Shown here: positions 8,189 to 17,824 of the stretch, one piece after another
Layout of the letters: every line of letters starts with the position of its first letter
How positions within the stretch are numbered: position 1 is the first letter of the stretch
Assembly (NCBI GenBank): GCA_026416955.1
Contig: JAOAEE010000008.1
Span: forward strand, 18,195 to 82,194
Length of the DNA: 64,000 nt
DNA from: Ignavibacteria bacterium
GTDB lineage: Bacteria; Bacteroidota; Ignavibacteria; Kapaibacteriales; UBA2268
Direction of reading: 5' to 3'
Position numbers and translations under genes: made by a program
Notes under the pieces: model-generated
What the model was told of the DNA's origin: nothing
Database searches by the model: none
The model's input: the letters and a program-made list of their open reading frames with translations, nothing else

Positions 8189-9855
8189 AAAAAGCAATCT
8201 TGGCAATATTTTTCTTGTTTTTTTGGGGTTTCTTGGAAACAACTTTTTCTCAAAGTGAACAAACATTGATAAATTCCCTTAAAAAAGAACTTTCTCGTTT
8301 TATTGAAAATTTAAAAAGTCAACAATACCCTCCCTACTACATTAGTTATCAAGTATTTGACGTTGAATCGGCAGGTGTTACAAATTCCTTTGGTAGAACT
8401 TTTAGTAAAGGGTCTTCACGTTTTCGTTTTCTGGATATAGACCTTAGGGTAGGGGATTACCAATTGGACAACACTCACCAAACTGAAAGAGGCTCTTTTT
8501 CCTTTTCTTCTTTTCAAAGTTCAAGATTGCCTTTGAATGGAGATGAGAAATCTATTCGTTCTGCTATTTGGAATGCAACCGAAAAAGCATATAAAGAGGC
8601 TGCAAAGCAATACCAAAATGTTTTATCCAGTAAAGCACTAAAAGTTAAGGAAGAAGATACCTCTGCCGACTTTTCACGCGAGGAACCCTCTATTTATTTT
8701 GAACCGAGAGCCCAATACAAAGTCGACTTGAATAAGTGGGAAGCAATATTCAACAGAGTTTCTAAAATATTTAGAGAAAATAAGTGGCTTCTTGAAGGGC
8801 GAATTTCATTTTCTTATAATAATTATTATGAAATTTTCGTAAATTCCGAAGGAAGTGAAATTGCACAGAATGACCCAAGATTTTGGATTAGTATTTATGT
8901 GAGGACTAAAGCAGATGATGGGATGGTTCTCTATTTATACAAAAATTTCTTTGGATTCTCTGAGAGTGAGCTTCCGAGTGAAGATTCTTTAAAAAATGCT
9001 CTTACCGAGATAATTCAGAAGTTAAAAAAATTGAGGGATGCTCCCCTGGCAGAAACTTATTCTGGACCGGCAATTTTAAAGGGCGAGGCTTCAGGTGTAT
9101 TCTTCCACGAAATTTTTGGTCACCGAGTTGAGGGACACCGACAGAAGGACCCAAGGTCAGCTCAAACTTTTAAATCTTATTTAAATAAAAAAATACTCCC
9201 CGAGTTTATGAATGTTGTTTTCGATCCAACCATAAAAGAAATTAACGGGTTCAAACTTTCGGGATATTACAAATATGACGACGAGGGAGTAAAAGCGCAA
9301 AGAGTAGTTTCTGTCGATAGTGGTGTATTTAAAAATTTCATTATGTCGCGTTCGCCTATCGAAAAATTCCCAAAATCGAATGGACACGGAAGGAAAAACT
9401 ATGGATACCGTGCAGTTGCTAGGCAATCTAATTTAATAGTTGAGTCTACCAAAAAGGTACCTTTTTCAACACTTCGCAAAATGATGATTGACGAATGTAA
9501 GAAACAAGGCTTGGAATATGGCCTTATTTTCGAGACAGTTGAAGGTGGTTTTACTTTTACTGGAAGGACAATTCCTAATGCGTTCAATGTTCTTCCAATT
9601 GTGGTTTATAAGGTTTATGTAGATGGTAGGCCCGATGAAATGGTGCGCGGTGTTGATTTAATAGGTACTCCACTAACTACATTTTCGAACATAACTGCAA
9701 CCGCAGACGACCTTGGTGTTTTCAATGGAACTTGTGGTGCAGAATCGGGTGGTGTTCCTGTTGCAGCCGTTTCCCCAAGTATTTTAGTTTCGAAAATTGA
9801 AGTACAAAAGAAAGAAAAATCTGAAGAAAAACCACCAATTTTACCTTCCCCTTGA
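8185..9855 (+). CDS. TldD-family zinc metalloprotease with N-terminal signal peptide
   Basis: HEIFGHRVEGH (HExxxH metal motif), YDDEGV, NGHGR, CGAESGGVPV; hydrophobic N-terminus. Confidence 0.88.
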   Translation: MKKAILAIFFLFFWGFLETTFSQSEQTLINSLKKELSRFIENLKSQQYPPYYISYQVFDVESAGVTNSFGRTFSKGSSRFRFLDIDLRVGDYQLDNTHQTERGSFSFSSFQSSRLPLNGDEKSIRSAIWNATEKAYKEAAKQYQNVLSSKALKVKEEDTSADFSREEPSIYFEPRAQYKVDLNKWEAIFNRVSKIFRENKWLLEGRISFSYNNYYEIFVNSEGSEIAQNDPRFWISIYVRTKADDGMVLYLYKNFFGFSESELPSEDSLKNALTEIIQKLKKLRDAPLAETYSGPAILKGEASGVFFHEIFGHRVEGHRQKDPRSAQTFKSYLNKKILPEFMNVVFDPTIKEINGFKLSGYYKYDDEGVKAQRVVSVDSGVFKNFIMSRSPIEKFPKSNGHGRKNYGYRAVARQSNLIVESTKKVPFSTLRKMMIDECKKQGLEYGLIFETVEGGFTFTGRTIPNAFNVLPIVVYKVYVDGRPDEMVRGVDLIGTPLTTFSNITATADDLGVFNGTCGAESGGVPVAAVSPSILVSKIEVQKKEKSEEKPPILPSP

Positions 9856-10415
9856 CGACTATGGAAATTACTTCAAACGAATACTACGAAAAGCAGAAGA
9901 TAAATAGATTTTTTACAATATTAATTGTAATTTTCGCTGGAATTGTACCGATAGCTTCTTATATCTTTTCTTATTATTTAGTTTTTTCAAATTTCAAGAC
10001 GACGGTGTTTTCAAAAGATACTTATATGTTTTATTTAAGTGGACTTGTTGTTTTTTTATTGTCTTTTTTTGTGGTCTATTTGTTTCTAAATTTGAAATTG
10101 GAACTAAAAATTTCGAAGGATGGAATTTATTTTAGGTTGTTCCCTTTCCACAGAAAGTTTAGGTTTATTCCTTATTCAGACATTCGTTACTATACTATAC
10201 GTCGGTTTAGGCCTATAATGGAATATGGTGGTTGGGGCATTCGTTACAGCGCAAAAAGAAATGGAATTGCTTATACTTTATCTGGTCATTTTGGTTTGCA
10301 ACTTGAACTGAATTCATATAAACGATTAATGATTGGTGTAAAATCACCAGAAGCGGTATTGTTTTCTTTAAAGTCATTTATTCCAAATAAACATATTGAA
10401 AATAAAAGCGAGTAA
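9852..10415 (+). CDS. Small membrane protein (two TM helices plus a YGGWGIR domain; DUF6141-like)
   Basis: Two hydrophobic segments, then FRLFPFH...EYGGWGIRY...GLQLEL. TTG start overlaps the tldD stop. Confidence 0.65.
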   Translation: MTTMEITSNEYYEKQKINRFFTILIVIFAGIVPIASYIFSYYLVFSNFKTTVFSKDTYMFYLSGLVVFLLSFFVVYLFLNLKLELKISKDGIYFRLFPFHRKFRFIPYSDIRYYTIRRFRPIMEYGGWGIRYSAKRNGIAYTLSGHFGLQLELNSYKRLMIGVKSPEAVLFSLKSFIPNKHIENKSE

Positions 10416-10420
10416 GTTGT

Positions 10421-12190
10421 ATGAAACAATTTAGATGTTTATCAATTTTGGTTTTGCTGTTTCTAATTGTAATTACAAAAAATACCTTTGGTATTAGCCA
10501 TTACGAAATTTTACAAGCAATGCGAGATGAACTTAAACGCTCGATGGACAGTTTATTTATTGAAACTTTGCAGAAACCATACTACATTGAGTATTCCTTA
10601 AAAGTATCGAATTATTATCAAGCAAATTCATTCTTAGGTTCTTTAACAGATTCTTCTCAAGGCAAGAAAGTGAATTTGAATGTTAAAGTTCGAGTGGGGG
10701 ATTACAAACTTGATAATACAAACTTTTTGGACTTTTCATTTTCTTTTTTCTTAGGAGGGTTTGATGAAAGTGGCTCGTCGCGTAACGTTCCAGTTGATTT
10801 TGATTATTTTTCGCTTCGTAGAGAATTCTGGCTTGCCACCGATTTTGCATACAAAAATGCTGCAAAAACATACTCAAAGAAAATATCCGTCCTAAAAAAT
10901 AGAGTTATTAAAGATACAATCCCCGATTTTGCATATTCAAAACCGAATAAATTTATCGATACTAATGTGAACATACCTACTTTTGATTTTGTCAAAGTAT
11001 GTAAAATGCTCGAAGAACTTTCGAAAATTTTTCTGAATTATCCAATTATTAATAGTTCTATCGTTAGTTTCGAACATTTTCAAGATTGGGAATATTTTGT
11101 GAATAGTGAAGGAACTGAATATATCAAACCAGTTTTTTTTACTGGATTTGAAGCTGCTGGAACATTGCAAACTTCTGATGGAATGCCTATAAACGATTTT
11201 TATTCTGCTTACTCTACAGTTCCAAACAAATTACCAGAAAAGGACTCATTGGAAAAAGCAATTGTTTCATTGTGCGAAAACTTAGTAAAAATCCAAAAAG
11301 CAAAGACTTTGGAGGACTCTTATTCTGGGCCAGTTTTGTTTACAGAACAAGCTGCTGGTGAACTTTTTGCTCAAGTTTTTATTCCTAATTTATTGGCACA
11401 GAGGTCATTATTAAGCGAACAAGGTACTCAACAACTTTCTCGCTATACTGCTTTTCAGACAAAGATTGGGGGGCGGGTATTACCAGAATTTTTATCGATT
11501 TATTCAGTTCCTTTAAAGAGTGATTTCAATGGGGTACCTTTACTTGGTTATTTTAAAGTCGACGACGAAGGAACTCCAGCAGAAAATATCCCTGTTGTTC
11601 AAAATGGTTATTTAAAAACCCTTTTGTCCAATAGAACACCAATTAAAAGAATATTGAGTTCGAATGCGAATGATAGGGAAGGTTCCCCGATGTTTGGCAA
11701 TATTGAAATTGTGCCTGATAGAAAATATTCCAAATCTTTTAATGAATTGAAACAAAAAATGATGCAACTTTGTAAGCAAAGGGATTTGCCTTTCGGAATT
11801 ATTGTAAAAAAGATAATGAATCAGAATTTGTATTCAACTATTTTTCCAGTTATTTCCCCAGTTGAATATAAATTTGGTAGAGAACAAAATATTTTAAATG
11901 TTGTTGAAGCATATAAAGTGTATCCCGATGGTAGAGAAGAAGTAATTCGTGGAGTAGAGCTAAAGGGAATTACAACACAATCCTTTAAGGACATAATTTT
12001 GGTAGGGAACCGGCCTTATGTTTTAAATATATTAGCACCTTTAGTTTCATCTTCATTTTCATCTGGTGGTTATATTGGTGCTTCTGTAATTGTTCCCGAC
12101 ATTTTAATAGAAGATGCTGAACTGCGACCTATTGAAGTTGACTTTCCAAAACCTCCTTTCTTAGAAAATCCTTTGCTAATGAAAAATTAG
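10421..12190 (+). CDS. PmbA/TldE-like partner subunit with signal peptide
   Basis: Paralogous to the upstream TldD (AMRDELKRS, PYYIEY, RVGDYKLDN, YSGPVLF, VDDEG) but lacks HExxxH (ELFAQVF). Confidence 0.82.
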   Translation: MKQFRCLSILVLLFLIVITKNTFGISHYEILQAMRDELKRSMDSLFIETLQKPYYIEYSLKVSNYYQANSFLGSLTDSSQGKKVNLNVKVRVGDYKLDNTNFLDFSFSFFLGGFDESGSSRNVPVDFDYFSLRREFWLATDFAYKNAAKTYSKKISVLKNRVIKDTIPDFAYSKPNKFIDTNVNIPTFDFVKVCKMLEELSKIFLNYPIINSSIVSFEHFQDWEYFVNSEGTEYIKPVFFTGFEAAGTLQTSDGMPINDFYSAYSTVPNKLPEKDSLEKAIVSLCENLVKIQKAKTLEDSYSGPVLFTEQAAGELFAQVFIPNLLAQRSLLSEQGTQQLSRYTAFQTKIGGRVLPEFLSIYSVPLKSDFNGVPLLGYFKVDDEGTPAENIPVVQNGYLKTLLSNRTPIKRILSSNANDREGSPMFGNIEIVPDRKYSKSFNELKQKMMQLCKQRDLPFGIIVKKIMNQNLYSTIFPVISPVEYKFGREQNILNVVEAYKVYPDGREEVIRGVELKGITTQSFKDIILVGNRPYVLNILAPLVSSSFSSGGYIGASVIVPDILIEDAELRPIEVDFPKPPFLENPLLMKN

Positions 12191-12200
12191 AAGTGGTCGT

Positions 12201-13349
12201 ATGGATTTAAAAAACGAAGATTTAGCCAAAAGAACAGTTTTATTATTACTTAAAAATAAGTGGTTAATATTTTCTTTTGTTTTTGTTTTAACTTTGGCTT
12301 CGGTCGTCATTTCGCTTTTATTGCCAAATCAGTATACTGCGAAAGTTAATGCAATACCACCAAAAACTTCTACTTCGTCGATGGAATCATTAATTAGCGG
12401 CTTAAGTTCAACATTAAAAGATATAGGTTTGGCAAAGTTGAGTGGAAAAACCGAAGGGATGTATTCCTTTCTTGTCATTTTGGATAGTCGAGCAGTAAAA
12501 GATAGTCTGATAAACAAATATAGATTCGATACTGTTTATAAAATACCTAAAACTAAAATGACCAAACTACGAAAGAAATTCGAGGAAAACCTTGAAATAA
12601 CCCTTGAACCTGAGGGTAATTATGTAATTTATTTTACTGATGAAGACCCGAATAGGGCTGCGAATGTGGCTAATGATTATGTGGAAATTTCTAATTATGT
12701 TGCCCAAAAAATTGTTCAGACCGAAGCAAGTTTTAATCGCAAATATTTAGAGAAAAGAATTTCAAATATCGATACATTAATTAGTTCAATTTTGGACTCT
12801 TTGCAAAGATTTTCTCAGAAAAATTTAATTTTTTCACCAGAGGAGCAAGCCAAAGCTATCAGTTCAAGTTATGTCGATTTGAAAGCTAGCAAAATTTCCC
12901 AAGAAATTCTTTACGAGTTGTACAAATCAAGATATGGGGAAAACGACCCTTTGACTTTTTCGCAAAGAAACATAATGGAAAGTTTGGCACGAAAACTTAG
13001 TGAGTTTGAAAATAAACCCGGATACATAGGAAATTTTCCATTAAAATCTTTAACTAAAGTTGGAGGTGAATATTTAAGGCTTTATGCAGAACTTGAAACC
13101 TATACAAAAGTTAAATCATTTCTTTTGCCTTATTTAGAAGAAAATCGTCTAAATGAGCATAGGCAATTACAATATCTAATTGTATTGGATAAAGCAACTC
13201 CACCCGACCAAAAATCCAAACCTAAAAGGTCGCTCATTGTAATTGGTACTTTCTTTGGGTCTTTTCTCTTAGTAACTTTTATGATTTTGCTTATTGATTC
13301 CATCTCTGGATTGGCACGAGAGATGAAAGAATTCAAAAAGAGCACTTAA
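12201..13349 (+). CDS. Wzz/GumC-like polysaccharide chain-length determinant
   Basis: N-terminal TM followed by LLLPNQYTA, coiled periplasmic region, and C-terminal ATPPDQKSKPKRSLIV plus TM. Confidence 0.82.
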   Translation: MDLKNEDLAKRTVLLLLKNKWLIFSFVFVLTLASVVISLLLPNQYTAKVNAIPPKTSTSSMESLISGLSSTLKDIGLAKLSGKTEGMYSFLVILDSRAVKDSLINKYRFDTVYKIPKTKMTKLRKKFEENLEITLEPEGNYVIYFTDEDPNRAANVANDYVEISNYVAQKIVQTEASFNRKYLEKRISNIDTLISSILDSLQRFSQKNLIFSPEEQAKAISSSYVDLKASKISQEILYELYKSRYGENDPLTFSQRNIMESLARKLSEFENKPGYIGNFPLKSLTKVGGEYLRLYAELETYTKVKSFLLPYLEENRLNEHRQLQYLIVLDKATPPDQKSKPKRSLIVIGTFFGSFLLVTFMILLIDSISGLAREMKEFKKST

Positions 13350-13350
13350 A

Positions 13351-14760
13351 ATGACTGCAATCGAAGTTGAAAGAATTGAACGATTTATTATTCCTGTTGT
13401 TTCCTTTATACTTCTTTTTCTACCAATTTTTTATTTTCTTCTTTTTAAGGGTTTTGAATTATTCGTTTTTCTCTTCTTTTTTGCTTTTCCGATTGTTTTG
13501 ATTTTTCTAAAATTGCCAAAGATTTGGTGCTATTTTGTTACTCTTTCTTTTGCAGTTTTTCTTATCTATCGAGGTAAAGACGACCAAGTTGATGTTCTTG
13601 AAATCGCTTTTGCTTTGTTGGTAATTCCGGGATTAATTTACTTTTTCATACATAAACTTTTTGTAGAGAAAAAGCAAATAATTCAAAATTACGGCGACTT
13701 GTTTATATTGCTTTTCTTTATTTTTCTACCTTTCAATGGTCTTATTGCTTTTTTGAACGATGTGGATATTTTTCGTTGGGTTCGTGAAATATCAATTTTA
13801 ATACTATTATTGTTTTATTTTCCCTTACGAGAGTATATTAAATCGGAGAAAGAATTAGGAATTCTTCTACTTTGTGCTTTGATTGCTGTATTTTCTAGTA
13901 TCGGTTACTTAATTTATCATTATCGCGAAACAACTTTGGTGACAGCCAGTTATGCTTACGAGTTAGTTTTTGGTCTTGGTGCAAAAGTTAAAATTAATCA
14001 TACTGTTTTTACAGCTGCATATTTTACTTCAATAATACTTTTTGTAACAAGAAAAAATTTGCTGCTTCGAGTCATAGTCTTTCTGACTGCATTTGCTTCA
14101 TTAGTAGCATTAATTGTAACTGTTAGCCGGACTTTTTGGATTGTTGTACTATTGGGGACAATTGTTTTGTTTATTTATTATGGTTGGAAAGAACGATTAA
14201 GAATACTATTTTTTTATTTTGTAATAGCAATATCTACCTTAGGAGTAATTTATTGGACGTTTGGAAGTAATTACAAATTAGTTACTCGCCTTATTGAATA
14301 TCGGTTTCTTACAAGTACCCAAGGAAAGAAAGATAAGTCTGTGATGGGCCGCCTTGCTGAATATCCAGTCGTATTAAGGGGTATAGCAGAAAATCCACTT
14401 TGGGGAAATGGTTTTGCAAAAAAAATTCGCTTTCGCGACCCAATTTTTGTTCGTACATCAACGAGTCATAATATTCATAATGGTTTTACTTCTATGTTAT
14501 TTAGGGCTGGTATTCCTTTAGCCCTTTTTTATATTAGTTTTTTTATTTACTATTTTTTCAAATCTTTTCGGTTGATTCTTGCTACAAAAAGACATTATTT
14601 ACAACCTTATGTTTTGTCTGGTTTTATAATATTGATTATTCTTTTTGTATCACAGTTTACAAACCAACAATTTTTATTCCGGGACTTTAATTTTAGTGCT
14701 TTCATTGCAATTGCAATGATTGAATTCGTAAATCGTAACTATAAAAGGATCTTGTCTTAG
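13351..14760 (+). CDS. O-antigen ligase/polymerase family membrane protein
   Basis: About 12 TM helices; TVSRTFW and HNIHNGF motifs in the last periplasmic loop. Confidence 0.82.
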   Translation: MTAIEVERIERFIIPVVSFILLFLPIFYFLLFKGFELFVFLFFFAFPIVLIFLKLPKIWCYFVTLSFAVFLIYRGKDDQVDVLEIAFALLVIPGLIYFFIHKLFVEKKQIIQNYGDLFILLFFIFLPFNGLIAFLNDVDIFRWVREISILILLLFYFPLREYIKSEKELGILLLCALIAVFSSIGYLIYHYRETTLVTASYAYELVFGLGAKVKINHTVFTAAYFTSIILFVTRKNLLLRVIVFLTAFASLVALIVTVSRTFWIVVLLGTIVLFIYYGWKERLRILFFYFVIAISTLGVIYWTFGSNYKLVTRLIEYRFLTSTQGKKDKSVMGRLAEYPVVLRGIAENPLWGNGFAKKIRFRDPIFVRTSTSHNIHNGFTSMLFRAGIPLALFYISFFIYYFFKSFRLILATKRHYLQPYVLSGFIILIILFVSQFTNQQFLFRDFNFSAFIAIAMIEFVNRNYKRILS

Positions 14761-14766
14761 GTTTTA

Positions 14767-15270
14767 ATGAGTTACATTTTTGTAGGTACAATAGTTGGAT
14801 TGAAAGGCTTAAACGGAACTTTAAAAGTTGCAGCGGAGAATGAAGTTGTACTTTCTTCCTCTTTAAAAGTCAAGGTTGGGTACTCTCTTCAATATTCTGA
14901 GGAGTTTACTGTTTTGGAATATAAATTTGGAACATCGAAATACAGCTATCTTAGATTGGTTGAAATAGACAATATAATTTCTGCAAAAAAATTGGTTGAA
15001 AAAGGGGTCTTTGTAAATGTACTGGATGTTTCTAATAATTTTGTGACTGAAGACTATTCAAAAGATTTAAACTTTGATGTATATGATGTAAGGAGCGGGA
15101 AATTTCTTGGAAAGGCAATTTCTATCATTCCAAATCCGGGTAACGACCTGATTTTGGTTGTGACTGAAAATGGCGAATTCTTTTTACCTTTTGTGGATGC
15201 TATTGTAAAAAAATTCGATAAGATGGAAAAAGCGATTTTCATTGAATTAATAGATGGTTTGCTCGAATAA
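14767..15270 (+). CDS. rimM: 16S rRNA processing protein RimM
   Basis: VGTIVGLKGLNGTLKV N-terminus; PRC-like C-terminus PGNDLILV...FLPFVDAIVK; adjacent to trmD. Confidence 0.85.
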   Translation: MSYIFVGTIVGLKGLNGTLKVAAENEVVLSSSLKVKVGYSLQYSEEFTVLEYKFGTSKYSYLRLVEIDNIISAKKLVEKGVFVNVLDVSNNFVTEDYSKDLNFDVYDVRSGKFLGKAISIIPNPGNDLILVVTENGEFFLPFVDAIVKKFDKMEKAIFIELIDGLLE

Positions 15271-15291
15271 TACATTGTGAATATGGAGAAA

Positions 15292-15969
15292 ATGAGAATT
15301 GACATTATTTCTGCTGTTCCAGAAATATTTCAATCGTTTTTGAATACCAGTATAGTAAAGAATGCCCAAGAAAAAGGGATTGTTAAAATCGAGGTTCATA
15401 ACTTGCATAGATATTCAACTGATAAATTTGGCCATATTGATGATACTCCTTATGGAGGCGGTTCTGGAATGGTTATTCAATGTGAACCAGTTTTTCGATG
15501 TATTGAAGAATTACAAAGCCAAAGAAAATATGATGAAATAATTTACTTAACCGCTGATGGAGTATTATTCAATCAAAGTCTTGCCAACGAACTTTCTCTA
15601 AAAGAGAATCTTATTTTTTTATGTGGACATTATAAAGGAATCGACCAAAGAATTCGTGATGTGTTAGTTACCCGAGAAATATCTATTGGGGATTTTGTTC
15701 TTACTGGTGGTGAACTTCCAGCGATGATTGTAATAGATTCATTAGTTAGGTTAATTCCGGGAGTTCTTGGCGACCCACAATCTATATTCGAAGATTCTTT
15801 TCAAAATGGTCTTTTGGAACCCCCTATTTATACAAAACCTTCTAATTTTCGAGGTATGAAAGTACCCGATGTTTTGTTGAGTGGAAATCACAAAGAAATT
15901 GACAAATGGCGATATGAACAAGCATTGAAAAAGACTTTGGAACGCAGACCAGATTTACTCAAGAAATGA
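15292..15969 (+). CDS. trmD: tRNA (guanine37-N1)-methyltransferase
   Basis: MRIDIIS, DDTPYGGGSGMV, LCGHYKGIDQR, SIGDFVLTGGELPA, VPDVLLSGNH. Start likely ATG 15292 (track gives GTG 15277). Confidence 0.97.
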   Translation: MRIDIISAVPEIFQSFLNTSIVKNAQEKGIVKIEVHNLHRYSTDKFGHIDDTPYGGGSGMVIQCEPVFRCIEELQSQRKYDEIIYLTADGVLFNQSLANELSLKENLIFLCGHYKGIDQRIRDVLVTREISIGDFVLTGGELPAMIVIDSLVRLIPGVLGDPQSIFEDSFQNGLLEPPIYTKPSNFRGMKVPDVLLSGNHKEIDKWRYEQALKKTLERRPDLLKK

Positions 15970-16852
15970 TACTTCGAAGTGCTTCCTCTATTTTAGGGTA
16001 CTTAAATTCATAATTAATTTCCATAAGTCTTTTTGGAATGACTCTTTGCGAACTTAAAAGAATAGTAGATTGTTCGCCAAAAGCAAGATTTATCAAATAA
16101 TCAGGTATTGATAATATAAAAGGTTTATTTAAAATTTTACCTATGGTTTGTATAAAATCCCTAAATCTGACGGGCGCAGGAGCAACGAAATTATACACCC
16201 CCGAGAAAGTTTCTTCTGTTATACTTTTATAAATCAAATTCAGTAAATCATCAATATGTATCCACGAGAACCATTGGTATCCCGTTCCAATGACAACACC
16301 AAAGCCAAATTTGTAGGAGAAAAGAATTCTTTTCAATGCAATATCATCTTCTTTCAATACTACTCCAAATCTTCCAATGACAAGTTTATGGTTTGAATGA
16401 ACTTTCAAAGCCTCTGTTTCCCAATCTACGCATACTTTCGAAAGGAACCCATTGCCGGGTTCACTATTTTCATCCAAAAAATTATCATTTGAGTCCGAAT
16501 AAATTCCAATTGCAGAAGTATTAAAGAAATTGATTTTCTTTTCGGAGAAGTTATTCAATTTTTCAACTATTCGTCTTGTTGTTTCAATTCTACTTTTGTA
16601 AATTTCTTCTTTATATTTTTTGCTCCATCTTTTTCCAATTGTAGCCCCCGATAAATTAATTATCGCATCAATTTCTGGCAATTTTTCTTCCCAATTATCT
16701 TCCCAAGAGAAGTTATACCTCGAAAAATGAAACATTTCCTTTGCATTGTCGGGATTTCTCCCTAAAGTTGAAATTATATATCCTTTTTGATAAAGGAAAT
16801 TGGTAAGTCTTTTTCCAATTCCCCCTGTTGCACCTGCAATTAAAATATTCAT
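15959..16852 (-). CDS. TIGR01777/YfcH-like NAD-dependent epimerase family protein
   Basis: ILIAGATGGIG Rossmann motif, INLSGATI, SRIETT, GTGYQWFSWIHIDD, SSQRVIP. Confidence 0.88.
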   Translation of the reverse strand: MNILIAGATGGIGKRLTNFLYQKGYIISTLGRNPDNAKEMFHFSRYNFSWEDNWEEKLPEIDAIINLSGATIGKRWSKKYKEEIYKSRIETTRRIVEKLNNFSEKKINFFNTSAIGIYSDSNDNFLDENSEPGNGFLSKVCVDWETEALKVHSNHKLVIGRFGVVLKEDDIALKRILFSYKFGFGVVIGTGYQWFSWIHIDDLLNLIYKSITEETFSGVYNFVAPAPVRFRDFIQTIGKILNKPFILSIPDYLINLAFGEQSTILLSSQRVIPKRLMEINYEFKYPKIEEALRSIIS

Positions 16853-16858
16853 AACTTG

Positions 16859-17779
16859 TTAAAACATAAATGTGATTCCAATTTTGAAATTGTCGTGGAA
16901 CAATGGAGATTCAGTTTTAAAGGGCCAATTCATTCTGTCTTTTCTAAGTTCATAAATCCCATAAGAAAGAGCAGATTTTAATATTACATTAACTATTGGT
17001 GCAGCGTAAGGCGAAGAGTAGTTAATTTCCCTAATGAATTCATCGAGAAGGAGCAAAGAAATTCCTTCAATTGTATAACTTCCTAACCAATACCAAAACT
17101 TGTGAGCGGGATAGACAACAGACCTTTCGAAGCGAAAATCGAATGAAACAGAACGCAAAAGAACCAAAGATATGCCAGATTGGAAGGAATTACCAAAACG
17201 AAATTGTTCCGAAAATCTACCCAAAATAGAACTATCGGAAATTGAAACTTTTTGTGAATTATCAACATCGAATTTAGACCAAATTAAAGAGTTACCGTGA
17301 GTGAAGAAAAGATAATTTTTTTCACCAAGTTTGTATCCGTAACCGTTATCGCTAAAATTGACACCAAAACGCCACATAGTTGCATTAATATTCTGGTTAT
17401 CCTTAACAATCCATTTGGAAGAGTAATTTCCAACAAACAAAGCTTCTCTTTTAAGAAAATTAATTTTCCTACCATCTTTTAATTCTTTGGTTTTAATATT
17501 AGAAGAACCAATATGAATAGATGCGAAGTTCTGAGTGTTGAATTTTAAGTTCGAAGAAATATCTGGATGCAAGGGTTGATTTAGTCCAGTAAATAGTGAG
17601 ATAGATGGAAACTTTTTGGTTCGAAGGTTAAAATATTCATACTGTTTAAAAGGAGAACCGAATACAAATTTCTTAACGAGACCTTTCAAAGTGTCTTCTG
17701 ATACGTCATCTTGAGAAAGCATAATGTGATTAGTAAAAATGAAATATGCAAAAATTAGAAAACACAAAAGTTGTTTCAT
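16859..17779 (-). CDS. Hypothetical exported protein, possibly an outer-membrane beta-rich protein
   Basis: Signal-peptide-like N-terminus, aromatic/glycine alternating strands, C-terminal KIGITFMF ending in Phe. Confidence 0.55.
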   Translation of the reverse strand: MKQLLCFLIFAYFIFTNHIMLSQDDVSEDTLKGLVKKFVFGSPFKQYEYFNLRTKKFPSISLFTGLNQPLHPDISSNLKFNTQNFASIHIGSSNIKTKELKDGRKINFLKREALFVGNYSSKWIVKDNQNINATMWRFGVNFSDNGYGYKLGEKNYLFFTHGNSLIWSKFDVDNSQKVSISDSSILGRFSEQFRFGNSFQSGISLVLLRSVSFDFRFERSVVYPAHKFWYWLGSYTIEGISLLLLDEFIREINYSSPYAAPIVNVILKSALSYGIYELRKDRMNWPFKTESPLFHDNFKIGITFMF

Positions 17780-17824
17780 AATATCCTCCCCTTTTTAAAA
17801 TACGAATTATTATTCGTAAAAGTT

